Source of the DNA: Vicugna vicugna
Taxonomy: Eukaryota
DNA length: 64,000 nucleotides
Assembly: GCA_013265495.1 (NCBI GenBank)
Contig: MU063048.1
Coordinates: 4,154,001-4,218,000 of the forward strand
Reading direction: 5' to 3'
Shown: positions 36,701 to 49,770 of the stretch, piece by piece
Numbering within the stretch: position 1 is the first letter of the stretch
Layout of the letters: the number at the start of each line of letters is the position of its first letter
Program-made: the position numbers and the translations under genes
Notes under the pieces: model-generated
The model's database searches: none
Seen by the model: only the letters and a program-made list of their open reading frames with translations
Told to the model about the DNA's origin: nothing

Positions 36701-39700
36701 GAGGCTGTTCATGCTTCTGAGCCTTTGTCAGCAGGCCTCTGGCACGACCAGCAGAGAAATCAAACACAGAGGCCACAGCCGATGGTTCCCACAGTGTTTT
36801 TACATTTTGACCTATAAAATGCAGCTATGTTAATGAAAATGCTTTCACTTAAATTTGCTAATAGCTACGACGTTTCATTATTTGGGAGTGGGAACTAGGT
36901 AGACAGGCCCCGCGGGGCCGAGGTCTGGCAGCTCTCTGTGCAGAGCAGCTCTGCACCTTCACTGAGGAGGCACTGAAGGGGCAGAGGGGAATGTAACTGT
37001 CCGTTCTTAACACGTGTCCAGAACTGGGCTTTGCTCTAATACCAAGGCTTTCGGGTTCAGCAGAACCGTTGCCCGCCCCACGTTTTCTCCGGTAAAAGCG
37101 GTAACGCTGTGCTGCCAGCGGTGACGTTAAGCCACACCTCGAGTTGCCGCCCTCGAGCGGTGACATAAAACATCGCAGCACCTCCCACGTCGCTGACGCT
37201 GCTCCGAGGACAGTTTAAGATAAGTGAGCAGCTCAGGGTTTTCTTCAGGTCAGAGGAGACGCCGAAACATGCAGGTACACGAGAGCCATCCGGGACCCTT
37301 CCCTCTGAACTCCTCCCCGCAGAACAGCCACTCTGCCGGTGCCGTCACTGCCACAGAGCCGTGGCAGGAAAACCCTGACAAGAGAGGCCGTCCTCGAAAA
37401 TCAGGGGAAGAGCTCAAAGCAAGGACGAGGTCCCTCTTCAGCAGGTGTCCTAGGGGCCTTGCTGCGGCAGCGTCTTTGCTGGGCCCGGGCCCGGCGCTAA
37501 CGGACTTGACGGGGCTCCTCCACCACGGCGGGCACTGCAGCGACAGCCCCCGCGCCCCCAGAAGCCGGACGGGGCGGGGGCTTCCGGGCTGGTCCTCGGG
37601 GGAGGGTTTGAGGTGGGGGGTGTCCCGTGGAGTCTGGAGCCTTCTGAGAAGGAGTTGCTCGTCCTCCCCACCGCGGCCTGAGGTTTCCACGATCCTTCCA
37701 GGTGGAGCCCAGCCCCCGTACTCGGCAGAGCCTGGTCTCCCTCCTCCATCCCCTGGACCCCCCACTGACCCCGCTAGCGACCCTGCGGGCGAGCCGCAGT
37801 CCTTGGTCTCCCGCCCGTCTCCCACCCGTCCTCTGCTCAGCCGGAGGTGCTGTGCTTTGTCTCTGGAGCTAAGTCTCGGCCCCAGGATGCTCCCAGACCC
37901 TTCCGCCTACTGGGGATGTCCTGTTTTTTAAATTTTTTAAAAAGCTGCCTAAATTCTTGGTGGCACAGGCCAGACCAAAGGAGCCTGGCACCTCTCCCAG
38001 CGTCTCTGCGAATGACCCGGCTTCTGGGAACTTACTGCTTCTGCTGAGCACCCTTGCTCGCTCTGAATGTCCTTCCGTTTTCCACACGACGTAGCAGGTC
38101 AGATGTTCTGTAAGTTCAAGGCTTTGGTAGAGAGAGAAGCCGAGGAAGTAAACTCTAAAACCGCACGTTGGACCGGCCCCCTCTTCAGTCCCTGGTCAGA
38201 ATCAAGCTCTTCACCCTCTGGCATCTACCCCGCAGCCCCGCTAGGTCGTGACACCTTCACGCAGAGCTCAGCCCTGCCGTCCGCACTGCCGCCAAGCCAG
38301 GCAGGACAGGGCGGGACTGGGTCTGGCCGCCTGTGCCCGGGGGAGTGTCCGCGTGGTCTGTAGGAGGCAGACTGACCGCCTGATGGGCTCTCTGGGGCCC
38401 GGCTGTGAGCTGACCTCCACATGGCCCCAGGGCGTTTAGCTGTATGTCCAAAGCCCAGAACCCGGGCCGTGAGGACATTCGAGCCGTCGTCTTCGCTGAG
38501 TTTCTAGCTACAGGAAGGCGAGGAGCCCTGTGCACCTGCCTGCTCCCTGGTTAATCCCACGTGTCCTGAGTGTGGTCGGAGAGGACTGGAAAACAAACCT
38601 GATAAAACAGGTTGGGATCAAATTGTCAAAGATTTTGAAAGTCAGAGCAAGAGTTGGGATTTTATTTGGCGAGTGGTAGAGATTTCTGTGGGGGAATGGG
38701 CAGGGTCCCGGGAAGGGACGGGGTCCCGGGGGGCAGGGCGCCCGTCTGTGACGGGCGTGGGGGTGGTTCCTCATCTCATCACGCCAGTGTCTGTGACCTG
38801 AGGCCGCAGAAGGAGGACCCGAACACTGGCGTCTGGGAAAGATTTGGGGGTGAATGACGTGGGCACAGGTAGGCGAGGGAGGTACACCGACCATGACTTT
38901 AAACCCCTGGGAGAGGCCGGCAGGGGCGGCGGGGGAGCTAATGGTGACAACACAGCCGGAAAGGGAGCAGGTGTGTGTACTGAGGGAGTGTGCAGGAAGC
39001 CCCCACACACCTCACGGGCCCTGCCAGGGGGCGAGATACGATTTCACTTGATCTGGGGGGAGGAAGTGCAGTGATCAGGACCCAGGGCCCCACGGCGCCC
39101 TCACTTGAGAGTGGGCGTGTCTCTGGCGCTAAGCTGAGGGGGAGAATCGTGGTGTGGTGGGTGAAGGCGCGTCGAGTGTGGAGGCAACAGAAGGGACGGG
39201 GTGGGGGCTCGGAGGCCCCGGGGTACATGCCTGATTGTGGCTGCACCATCTGGAAATTTCCACCCTGACGGTGGCACCGGGGCAGCCGTGGCACCAAGAG
39301 AAGACACTGGAGCCTGGGACTGTGCCCACCAGACCACCAGGATCACTAGAAGTGGGGGCTCCAGTCTCCTGCCCTGGCACTGGCCGGGGTCAGAGCAGCA
39401 GCCCGGGTGTCAGCACACTGACCCCAAGTCAGGGTTTTAGCTGCTCTGGTAAAATGGATAGAATTCCAACCAGGAAACCTGGGGGGAGCACAAGGTGGTG
39501 AGGAAACCGAGAGCAAAGGACAGTCGGCGTCAAAGCCCAGAGTCCTGGGGGCTTGGTTTCCTGCTTGGTGGGGTCTGCGTCGGGCGGGGGGTCTGGGGTG
39601 GCGTGGCAGAGTCAGATGCTGCGTCCAGTGGAGCTGAAGGGCCCCTGGTCACGGCCGCAGTACCAGGACAGAATGGCTGTGCGGCATCCACAGGCAACCA

Positions 39701-42589
39701 CAGCTCCCATGTCCCCTCGAGGGGCCAGGTGTCACCTGGCTGGTGGGAGCCTTCCTGGGGTTGGTCACAGGAAGGGCCACATGTCCTCACATCCTCAGAC
39801 GAGGCTGCAGGCATGGGCCTGCTGGGCCTGGTCTGCACAGCCGAAGGGGTGTCCAGGGAGGACCGGCAGGAGACGGGGAGTCAGGCCCACCCAGCGGGAT
39901 GCCTGCCCGGGCAGCTTGGGGCTGGACGGGGTTTGGGGACGAGCCCTGGGAGCCAGTGGGCTAAGCCAGGTCAGACCGTGACCTCCAGGGGCTCCTCTCC
40001 AGGGCGCCCTCCCCGTTCTTGCTCAGCATTTTAAGGGACGTTCGTGGGCTCCACCTGCCTCATTGAAGCAACTTGGGAGCCCTTAAGACGGGAGTAATGG
40101 AAGCGAGAGGCCGGCTGGGGTGGGTGGGAGTGGAGTGTCCAGCGCACGCTGGGTGGCCGGGCTCCTTGGAGGAGGAGAAGGGGCGTTTTCCCTTGTAACG
40201 CCCACCCTGTTCCCAGAAACAGCCAGGCTGGGGACCCCGGCTGAGGAGACACCGTCTCTGCCCTCAGAGTGCGTGTGGTCTGAGGAGGTGACTCTCGGAC
40301 ACTCTCTGAGGACGCCGCAGAGGTGCAGACCACTCGGCCTGGCCCAGGGTCCACCACGTCCACTTTTGACAGAGCCCACAGTTGGTGGGAGTCCCCGGGG
40401 GATGTGCGAGAATGAGCACCCTGGCTCTAGGCATCCCCGTCCCGACAGCCAGGAGCCCCATCCTGAGCCCGCAGTGGGTGGGGGCCTGTGTCCACGCAGA
40501 GGGGACCTCTTTTAAGGCCGAGCAGGGGCCTCCTGACACGGGAGTGGCCTTCAGCAGGGCAGCACGCCCATGGGAACTGTCTCCCATTTGCACTGTGATT
40601 CACGATCAGGCATCCATCATGATATGCAGTCTCTGGAAGCAGGGGACCCTGAGTGTCCACTTCACAGCCCGAGGTCCCTGGGCCCTGGCAGAGCCTGGCT
40701 GCTCGTGGCCTTGCTCCCAGGCGTCCAGGGCTGCCCTCGTGGGAATGAGTGTCTGAAGCTCAGTTGCCTCACCACAGGCGGCCTCCACCCGCACCCCCTG
40801 CGTGGACACCCACACGCGGCTGCACGGGGAGCGTGTGCCAGACCCCCTGGGCACAGGTGCGTGGCCTGGCCAGGGAGGTCTCCCTCCGGGTCACCTGCCC
40901 TCACCCAGCTCCACCCGGGAGCAAAGCCAGGAGTGCAGGGCTGAGGCCACTGGGGCAGGACTGGCTGTGGCCTTAGCCGCCCTGGAGGGCGAGGATCCCT
41001 TGGGACGTGCAGAGCGGGGCTGAGAGGCGCTGGATGAGCAGCGCTCGGGAAAGGGACTTCGCGTTCTCGTCCCGCGGTCCCCTCCTACACAGGTGAGTGA
41101 GGGGAGCTGCAGTTACCGCAGGGCCTCACCTTCCGCTGCGCGCCCCGCCCCCTCTGTCCCGCCGGGTCCCGGGAGAGTCAGGCTGCACCCTGGGAAGGGG
41201 CGGCCTCAGGGGCCGCTTCCTCTGCCAGCAGCTTCTGTGGCCTGGACGTGGCCAGAACGTGGCCAGAACGCTAGGACCCCCCAGGCCTCCCTGGCGTCTG
41301 TTCGCAGAGCGCACCTGAGCGTCGGCGGCTTCATTAGGTTACTGAGCACGAGGAACACGGCACAGATGTCCCCGCGACGGTTCCTGGAGGTGCCAGGAGT
41401 CCACCCCTCGTTTCCTCGAGCGTCTCTCCTGCGTCACCTCCCAGCCCCTCGCTCATGACAGACGACAGCACGTCTCGGGCGTGGACTCGCTCCACAGTAG
41501 GCGGCGGAAGTGGGGCTGCCTTGCGGCTGGGGGTTGGGCAGCCTGTGCAGGGGGTGATCCCCACGTTTCTGTGGCCAGTGACCCCCCCCCACGTCTGGGC
41601 AGAGCCCTCCTGCGCAGGACACTTCCACACGCACAGAAGTGTGGTTTCAGGCAGGTTGGCGGAGTGGACCCCACTCTGTTTCATCCGCGGACACAGTGGC
41701 CACTCTCCATTGTGGGCCACGCACAGCTGGGGCCCTGGCCTGTCCACGAGGGCCCCCCGGCGCAGATCGAGCAGCTGCCAGGGTCACCGTGCAGGTGTCA
41801 CGCATGGTCCCCACGCCTGCCTCCATCAGAGGCCCTGGCCACCTCCCACTGCGTCTTCCTGAGAGCGTGTGATTTTCTAGATGTTTGGTGGCCGCGGTAA
41901 ATCAGGATTTTATGATGTCGTGTGAAAGGCCACCCCCCACACTTCCTCCTGCCGCAGCCGTGGACTGAAGGGACGTGCCAGCGGGCACACTGGACACAGC
42001 CTGGCTTAACCCTTTCCTCGCTCAGCTGCAGGCCCAGAGAGGCTGCCACCTCAGTTGTGGGGGGAGGTGGGGGCCTTCCTTTCACTCGAAGGAACGCAGG
42101 CAGCGGGGCTGTGGAAGCCAAGCTACCTTCTCGGAGTCACCAGACTTCTCCCCTAAAACCGCCGCCATCAAGTCAAGATTCAGAACAAGACAGCACGTTG
42201 CTTGGAGCAACGAGGAGATGGCGGGTGGTGTTACAAAGCCATCTTTTGAACGAGTCTGTCTCGTAATCATGAATACGAGAGGTCTCCGCGTCTGGTGTGG
42301 TGTGACGAAGTGTTACACTCGGACTCTGCTGGGACCCTTGTCAGTGAGGACGACTCTGAAAGCGCCCTGGGCGTCCTCCCCAAATCCCCCCCCCATCCCT
42401 CAGCAAGTCCCCACCTTCGCTTCCTCCAGAACGGCCCCCGTTCGCCCCCTTCCCACCTCTGCATGTTCTCCACACCCCTGTCCAGGCCGCCTCCACCTCC
42501 CACGGGCCTCCCTCGTCTCCAGCTGAGCCTGTGCCCTCAGACCTCATGACGCGTGAGAAGCAGTGCTGGGTGCTTTCCACGTGTGACCG

Positions 42590-42765
42590 TGAACTCTCAC
42601 AACGGCCCTGCCAGGAGGGTGGTGTTTCCCCGTCCCCAGACTCTGAGGCTAAGCCTTGCTAAGAAATTCCGCCAAGGCCACGCAGCTCCGTGGCCTAGCC
42701 ACAGACGCAGCAGGCGTCCCCAGTGGTGCCTCTGTCTCCAGTGCCAAGGCAGCTTTGTTACTTGG
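42590..42765 (-). mobile_element. MIR SINE relic (reverse orientation)
   Basis: ctctcacaacggccctg...ctctgaggct...gccaaggccacgcagct... follows the reverse complement of the MIR core. Confidence 0.5.
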
Positions 42766-43084
42766 ATATAATGTGTGTGTGAGGGAAGTGCGCAGGTGTG
42801 AGCGTGCGGTCGGGGCCTCTCTGACACACACGTACCTGTTGGCGGAAGAGCATCCCCGGGGCCCCTTGCCCTCCCCGGGAAGCCGCGATCCCACCGCCAC
42901 GTCGGCTGCCTGTTGTAGGGCCCCAGTCCCGCTGGACCCGCGTGCGCCTCTCCTCTGCCCGGCTCTGCTGTCCGGCAGCGAGCAGCCTGCGCCGACCCCT
43001 CTGGATCGACACCTCCTTGCTGCTCAGGTCAAGGACGTAAGGCACGCTGCTCATGGCGCTTCCAGGGGGTGTCTGTCCTGCTGA

Positions 43085-43250
43085 GCAGTGCGAGTGCTGG
43101 ACCCGGAACCAGACATCCCGGCTTCCAGCCCAGCCCTCCCGCTACTTGGCTCTGTGGCGCTGGTCAGGTGGTTTGGTTTAAATCTCTCTCCAGGTGCACT
43201 GGGGTTTGGGCACTGTTTCTCTCACAAAGATAGAAAACATAAGGTGCCAG
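43085..43250 (+). mobile_element. MIR SINE relic
   Basis: ccagacatcccggcttccagcccagccctcccgctacttggctctgtggcgctgg...aaatctctct resembles the MIR 5' half and core. Confidence 0.5.
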
Positions 43251-46200
43251 GGAACCGCGCAGTGAAGGTGCCCGGCCTCCTGAAGCCGCCCCCTGAGTGG
43301 GAGCCAAGCGAGCGGATGCAGGGGTCACAGCAAGCCTGAAGGTCCGTCGGAACTTGCCGTTCCTCCCCACTGCTCCGGGACTTTACTGACAAAATGTCAC
43401 AGTGCTTGCCTTAATCACTTCTCAACTACGAAAGCCCCAGAGAAACAACCAGAAACAGAAATTCTGGGGTGGGCAGTGGCCTGGTTAGGCCTAGAGTTGT
43501 TTAAAAAGTTGTGGAGCGAGCGTACGCTGGCATGACCGAGCCGTGGCGTTTCTGCCTTGGTTGTGGAGAAGGACGGTGGCTGGAGGCGGGAGGCTTACCG
43601 AAGCGAGGTTCCTTGGATCTGAGTGACCCGGTCGATGTACTGTGGAGGATACGAAGCACCCGAAGGCAGGCCCCCCGTCTGCTGCAGAAGCGCTCGTGCT
43701 GCTTACACTCCGCTTTACTCGTGTTCAAGGGCCGGCGGACGGCGCGGGGGGCTTTCTATGGGGTGGAGGAGGTCTCCTGGCAACTGGAAAGGAACAAGCT
43801 TGAGGAAAAACGCCTTCACCTCGTGCGCACGGGTCCCCGGGGGAGGGCGCGTTTCCCGCAGAGCCGCCCCCACCCGACGGGGCTGCGCTGGCGCTGGTGT
43901 GTCATCCCTGGGGAGAGGCCACCGGGGCAGATACAGGATCTCTCGAGTTGCATTTCAGTTGTCTGGGGTTTAATCAGCTGATGGGCGGACGGGGCTGCTG
44001 GGGGCAGCGAGCGTGAAGGAAGAGCCTCCAGGTCTCCTGCACCAGAGCCCCCGCCCACCTTAATCGGGCCACTTAAAGGCACTTTATCTCTTTTCCGCGG
44101 GGTTTCACCGCCTCCGACCAGCGTGGGTAATCTCCACACCCCCATCTAGTTATTAACAGCAACCAGTAATTCCCGACAGAGGCGGCGGCTTTGAAGCCTG
44201 GAACGCTGAGGTCGCAATAATCTTACCTCCCTTTCACGAGCCGGCCCTGCAGTGCCACTGCGCGTCACCCCGCATCTGCTGGTGAGAGCGAAGATGGGGC
44301 GGGAATCAGGACCGAGTCCGGTTCAGCACTCGCTCCCGTCTCCCTGGGGTGCTCCTGTGAGCGCCGGGGGGTCGAGAGTAGAGGCAGCCGAGAAGCCGGC
44401 GCTGCACTGGTGGCAGACTCTGGGTGGGCGGGGAGAGTGGCCCCAGATGTGTGTGCAAGGCTGCTCCCCTAAACCTCATTTGCTTATTGTATGTAAAGCA
44501 GCCGCTTAGCGCCCACCTGCGCGTAGGCAGCTCCCAAAGCTACTGGGCCGGGCTTCAGTTCCTCCACCCCGTGCGCTCAGACCTGAGCCTGGAGAACCGG
44601 ACAAGCCCCAGAGGCCTGCGGGCTGGACGGGGCGGCCCCGGGCCTGCGCCTCTGTCCCAGGAAAGCTGACGGCAGCCTCGGGGCCGACGGCTGGGGAGAG
44701 AGGCTGGCCCCTGCAGAGGGGACTCACCCCGAACTCACCTCTACTGTCTCAGGCAAGCCTGCCTGAAAGCTCTTTCTCTAGGATACCTTTTAAAACTGTT
44801 TAAAAGGCAACCGGTGCATTTAGTCCTGTGTCTCTGTCTCTTCCCCTTTCCTACCTGCATTTCTCTTCCGCCGCCACACCTCTAGACACAAGTGAAAAAA
44901 GAAGATGTGGAGGAGGAGGGCTGCCCTGTAGACGCGGGCTGGGCTCTCCCTCGCAGAGCGAGAGCGGCTCCTGCCTCGCAGATGGGCGCGTCGGGCAGCG
45001 ACGCCCGCGCTCACTTTCCCAGGAAGCTCTGCGAGCGCGCTGGTGCCCGGGCCACACACAGCTGCCGGTTCCAGGGGACGAGCCTGGAACTGAGTGCCCC
45101 CTGGCCCAGCAGTGTGTGGTCACGGAGGGGTCGCAGGGCCCTAAGGCGCTCCCAGGATCAGGGCAGCACGTCCCGGGGCAGACGCACGGCTCAGGCGCAA
45201 GGCCACCGGCCAGGGCCACGCATGCCGGTTCACCTGTCCCAACCGCCTCCCCAGGCGGAGCTCGGCCTCCGGCTCTGCCTCTGTTTGCTCCCTTTGCCGT
45301 CCAAGGGCAGTGGAGCCCGCGCTGACGGACTGGGTTTCCCTGCGGGAGAGCCCGGGGCCCGCCTTGTCCAGCCCGCTGACAGACGGCCCGCGTCCACTTC
45401 CTGAGCCGGCGAGACGGCCCGCTGTTCCCTCCGTGTCTCTTCTCACCCTCGCCACGATGGGAGGCCTGGCTTCCCCTTCAGTGTGAGCTGGTGCCCGGCG
45501 GTACGAGGGGAGAGGGCTGGCCGCCTTTCCGGGAAGGTTTCCATCCAACGACAGGCTTGTGAGCCCGCGAGAGCTCAGACCACCGCCCACAGACTCGCCG
45601 GGGGCATTCCGGCCTCACCTTCAGTTCTTTCCCGCCTTGCCCACCCCGCCGCATACCCCGGATCGCGACTGGGACCGGCCGTGACTGAGTGCGTCTCCGT
45701 CTGCTAGGCTTTTTGTCGCTGTTGCTCACAGGCCCGTCTTTCTGAGAAGGAGCATTTCCCCGAGAGTCAGGCTCTTCTGCTGACTCTCTGTTAGCGTAAC
45801 GTTAGATCAGGGGCCAAACTCTCTGGCATCCTTTTGTTCTCTGGGAGCCCCAGCTACTCCTCGGTTTTGCTTTTCTAAGGAAAGTGGAAGGAAAGAAATG
45901 AGTGTGGGGTCCCACTCACGCTCCACGGCTTAAATTCTTGAAGATGCTTCACCGACTGAAACAACATCTGGCGAAAGCACTCACACCCCTGACATGTTTC
46001 TCCACCTGAACAGACATCCTCCGCGAAGCTCACCGGAAGGCCTGCCGAGGAGACACGTAACCTGAAGCAAATACTAATGCTGAATTTTCCCAGTGTCATG
46101 TCAAAGAGGGAGAACGAGAAATGAGTCTGTGAGTGCTGGAAAAGTGTGTGATACAGTCTGCCCACCAGCCTCCCCACCGGAGCTTCAGGGAGAGCAGTGG

Positions 46201-49200
46201 GTCCCCAAGGGACGTCGTGTGCTAAGTGAGGAAGAGAATAAAGCGAGACGAGGGGAGGGACAGAAGCCCAGCCAGCGCACTGAAGGTGTGCTGCTGCCGT
46301 GACGGAGATAGACCGGCCCCCAGGAGCCGTGAGGAGAGGGACTTAGAGCAGAAGATGCGGGTGCAGCGGGGCCCCTGCTTTTTGGGATTTATGTGGACCA
46401 CGGTGGGCTCAGGAGCGGGCTCGATGGCTTTTCCAGGATCCTGTCTGGCCCCTTTATCAGGCCACCGTAACAAGAACACCCGCCAGGAACGCCGGAAAAA
46501 TCGCTGCGGCAAGACGCCTTCCTACGAGGCTGCTGTCTGCAGCCCTGGCCGCTGGCTCCTGGACTCCAGGGCTCAAGGCTGGACAAGGCCACTGGGGGAC
46601 AAGCCCTGAAGGTCGAACTGGTCAGCAGTCGTCCTGGAGCCCGCGGGCAACGAAAGGGCTCTGGGCGTCTGGACACACGCCCTGCTGCACAGCGAGCCCG
46701 GATCAAACGTGACAGCCGTAAGTCACACGCTCAAACCGCGGAGCTCACCGAAGGCGCAACCGTGGCCGCGGTGAGGGTCAGGAGCCAGGGCTTAGGGGGC
46801 GTCACCGTCGCAGAGACGCCTCCCGTCTTGCCCGGAGCCTCACTGTCTCCGCTGCAGACAAGTCCCAGGCCACCCAGCGCACAGAGTGCATGTTGGAAAC
46901 TGCGTAGCCGCTTCACTTTCATTCAGCTTTTGCCCCGCTGTCAGGCGCGGGCTGCGGCCTGCAAATGAGGGCGGAGCTCGACCTTGAGAAAGGAAGGACG
47001 AGCAGAGCAGACGAGCTGGGAGCTGACCACGGCCTGGTGGAGAGGGTTGCGAGATGCAGAGCAACGCTACCCCGGGCCCTCCCCGGCCCCACGCGGGCCC
47101 CGAGAGCACAGTGCCCGCAGGCCGGCGGGGGCCCCGCCACAGCCAGGGGCCCCCCGGCCTCACAGACCAGACCGTTCCCGATGCCCTTCCTCCAGAGGAC
47201 GCACCGGGGAAAAGCCAGGCAGCCCTTCGGGAGGGGTTAAGAGCGAAACACGCCAGGCTGTCCTGATCTTTCCCCAAAAGCTGCTCGCGGCAAAGCACAG
47301 GCCCAGTCGCGACGCCAGCTTGTAGCAGTCGGCGCTGAGGGCCACCGTGCTGTTTTCACAGAACCTCATCCTCTTCGTCTCATTGAACTTCAGGGCGACA
47401 GGGCCTTGGCCCAGGGGCAGCCGGGCTCGGCACCGAGCTGGGAGCTCTCCCTGGTGCATCTCTGGTTTCGCTGCAGTCCCTGCACGGGAGCAAGTCTGTG
47501 TCTGAGCTCCTTCCTTAACTGTAGCTCCCTGCTTGTTGTTGTGTCAGAAGCTGCTTGTGGAAAAGTACAGGAAACAGAGTTACAATACAAAGCGCCCTTC
47601 CCAAGCCTGCTCAGACACTGCGGGCGCACCGGGCCCTAGGGTTCAGCCGGCCGAGGTTCGGAGCCCGGAGCCCCCTCTGCAGAGCCGGCGGACTTACAGC
47701 AGGTGTGGTGACTGAACAGCAGGCTGCCCCTTCCAGCGCGACCGCAGAGCACCGAGGGGGCCCCGCGTTGCTTCCTGAGGCCACGTTTCACAGCTCCCTC
47801 TGGGGAAAAAGAATGCGTATCGCTGTGTGACTCTCAGCAGAGCAGAAGTGTTGTGGAAGTAGACACGTTTATTTCGGGAAAGGAGAAATAAACTCGTTTG
47901 ATTTTCCACTTGGATTTCCAGCTCCACGTAGCACCATCTTAACTTGCTCATTGTTAATATTTGTAGCCTCCTCTTCCTGAAGACGCTGCATGTGGACTGC
48001 GAAGGCCGGCAGAAATAACTTGTTTGACTATTATTAAGGCTGGAGAGGAAGTCAGTACTTCAGTGAAATGCAGGGCCTTTGGGAGCTTGATTTATTCGAG
48101 CCTGAAAAGTGAGGCTGGGTGGTGGAGGGGGGAGCGGCTGGCTGGGGTCTGTCTGTGCAGAATTCAGGCAAACAAACGGTGCAGAAGTGGACGCAGAAGC
48201 CTTTGGTGGGGAAGGTGGCTCTGGGGGCCTGGGGGCCAGGACCCGGGCCGCCTGGCCACCCCCGCGGCCTTTCCCACCTCAAGTCCACCTTCGGGGAGCC
48301 TGGAGAGAATGTGGGGCAGAAGCCTTCCAGGTACAGCTGAGTGTCACTGTCCTTGTCACTGGTCTAGGCTGTTCTTTGGAATCGTGTCCCAGTGGGCTGT
48401 GTATGGCCTTTTAATTTCAGCCTGTTTTCAGAGCCCCCGCCGTCTTCTGTCAAAGGCCTCCTCTCTTGGGCACCGTCGGGTGAGTGCACTTGTACATGGG
48501 AAATTCGCTAAGTGTTTATCTCAGGGCCCAAAATGGCCCATTTCAAAGTCTTTTTCTTTCCTTTTTCTTCTGCCCTCCCTCCCTCTCTTCCTCCCTTTCT
48601 TCTTGCGAATCATCTTGAAATTCTCATCCGGCTTCTTGGGCCCAGGAGCCGTGAGAGCCCAGGGACTGCGGTGCAGCCCTGCGGGCGCTGCTCTGGTCTC
48701 CTTCCCCGGAAGCCTCCTAAATGGAGGGAAGCAGGGAGCCCTGGGGGGTTGCCGCGCGCCCCCCACCCAGTGCTGGGAGACGTCCTTTCTTGATGCGTTT
48801 TTAAATGTTGATAAGGCCTGTCAGCTGGAATGAGAAATGACTTAGGAAGCAAATGGGCCCTGGTCCGGGGCGCAGGGAAGGATGCTGTGGGCCGGCGAAG
48901 AGCGGGTGTCCCCGTGCAGGCTGTGGCTCCTTCGTGGGTCGTGAGGGGTCGTGAGGGGTCGAGATCAGCATTCCCCAGGAAGGGAGCTGAACAGAATGGC
49001 GTAGACGTGCTGGGAGAGCAGCGCCCCGGCCGGCAAGGGGGAGGGCTGCCCGGAGAGCGCGCTTCTTCCCGTGCACGTGGGTGTCCTAGATGCGGTGAGG
49101 TCCGGAGACCGCGGCGCGGGTTGCGCCCGAGTCGGTTAGAGGGGCGCCTGTGTAGGGGAGTCGGGGGGGAGGCGAGGGAGGGGAGGGGGCGAGGGAAGGG

Positions 49201-49542
49201 GAGGAGGCGCGAGGAGGAGGAGGAGGGGAGCGCACTGCGGAGAAGGAGAGAGGGAGGGCGCGGCGGGAGGGCGCGTCCCTCTGCGCTGGGAGACGAGCAC
49301 GAATCCAAAACGGCGCTTGGAGCAGCATGCCTCACAACCCGGTGCAGAAAGAAAGTCACGAAGGCCAGCGGGACGCGGTGGCGGGCGGGTGGGGAGTGGC
49401 AGTCGCCGTGCCCGCGGCCGAGCGCGCGTCCAGAGACGCAAGGCCCGCCGGAGCGGCGCGGAGAGAAGCGCGGGCCTGTGCGCCGCGGGGGTGGGGGGGA
49501 CCGGCACCGCGGCCGACCCGTGCTCTGTCCCCCGGCCCGCAG

Positions 49543-49611
49543 GACTTTCTGCAGGGAGACTGCACCAAAGCCAGGCAGAAGCTCAACTGGAAGCCGCGGG
49601 TCGCTTTTGAT
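49543..49611 (+). CDS. GMDS: GDP-mannose 4,6-dehydratase, penultimate coding exon (69 nt, phase 0/0)
   Basis: Translates to [23 protein letters not shown], matching the GMDS C-terminal region. Flanked by acceptor AG (49541-49542) and donor GTAAGT (49612-49617). Confidence 0.97.
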
Positions 49612-49770
49612 GTAAGTGTCCCCCGCGGCCGCTTGGGTCTGGGCCCAGGGAGGGGACGTGGTGGCCGGGCGGCTGGGCGCCCTGGGCCAGGAGGGCCGGG
49701 GACGGGTGGGGGGCGCCCGTGGGAGGAGGCAGAATCCCTGGTCTCACCGCGGCCCCGCGTCCTCCCGCAG
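49612..49770 (+). other. GMDS: GMDS last intron (159 nt, very GC-rich)
   Basis: GTAAGT...cctcccgcAG boundaries join DFLQ...AFD to ELVREM... in frame. Confidence 0.95.

Larger units (their letters stand above)
1..49542 (+). other. GMDS: Distal part of the long penultimate intron of GMDS (intron 9 in human numbering)
   Basis: It ends in ...cccggcccgcAG directly before the DFLQGD exon. I found no trace of the preceding GMDS exon (WEGKNENEVG...YYRPTEV) in any frame, so that exon lies upstream of the window. Confidence 0.88.

Noticed and set aside
48550-48654. Long pyrimidine tract followed by cccAG|GAG CCG TGA (second cryptic acceptor)
   Set aside because: The tract is a low-complexity CT repeat about 40 nt from the AG, with no convincing donor or poly(A) signal. 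It is much weaker than the 17929 candidate.
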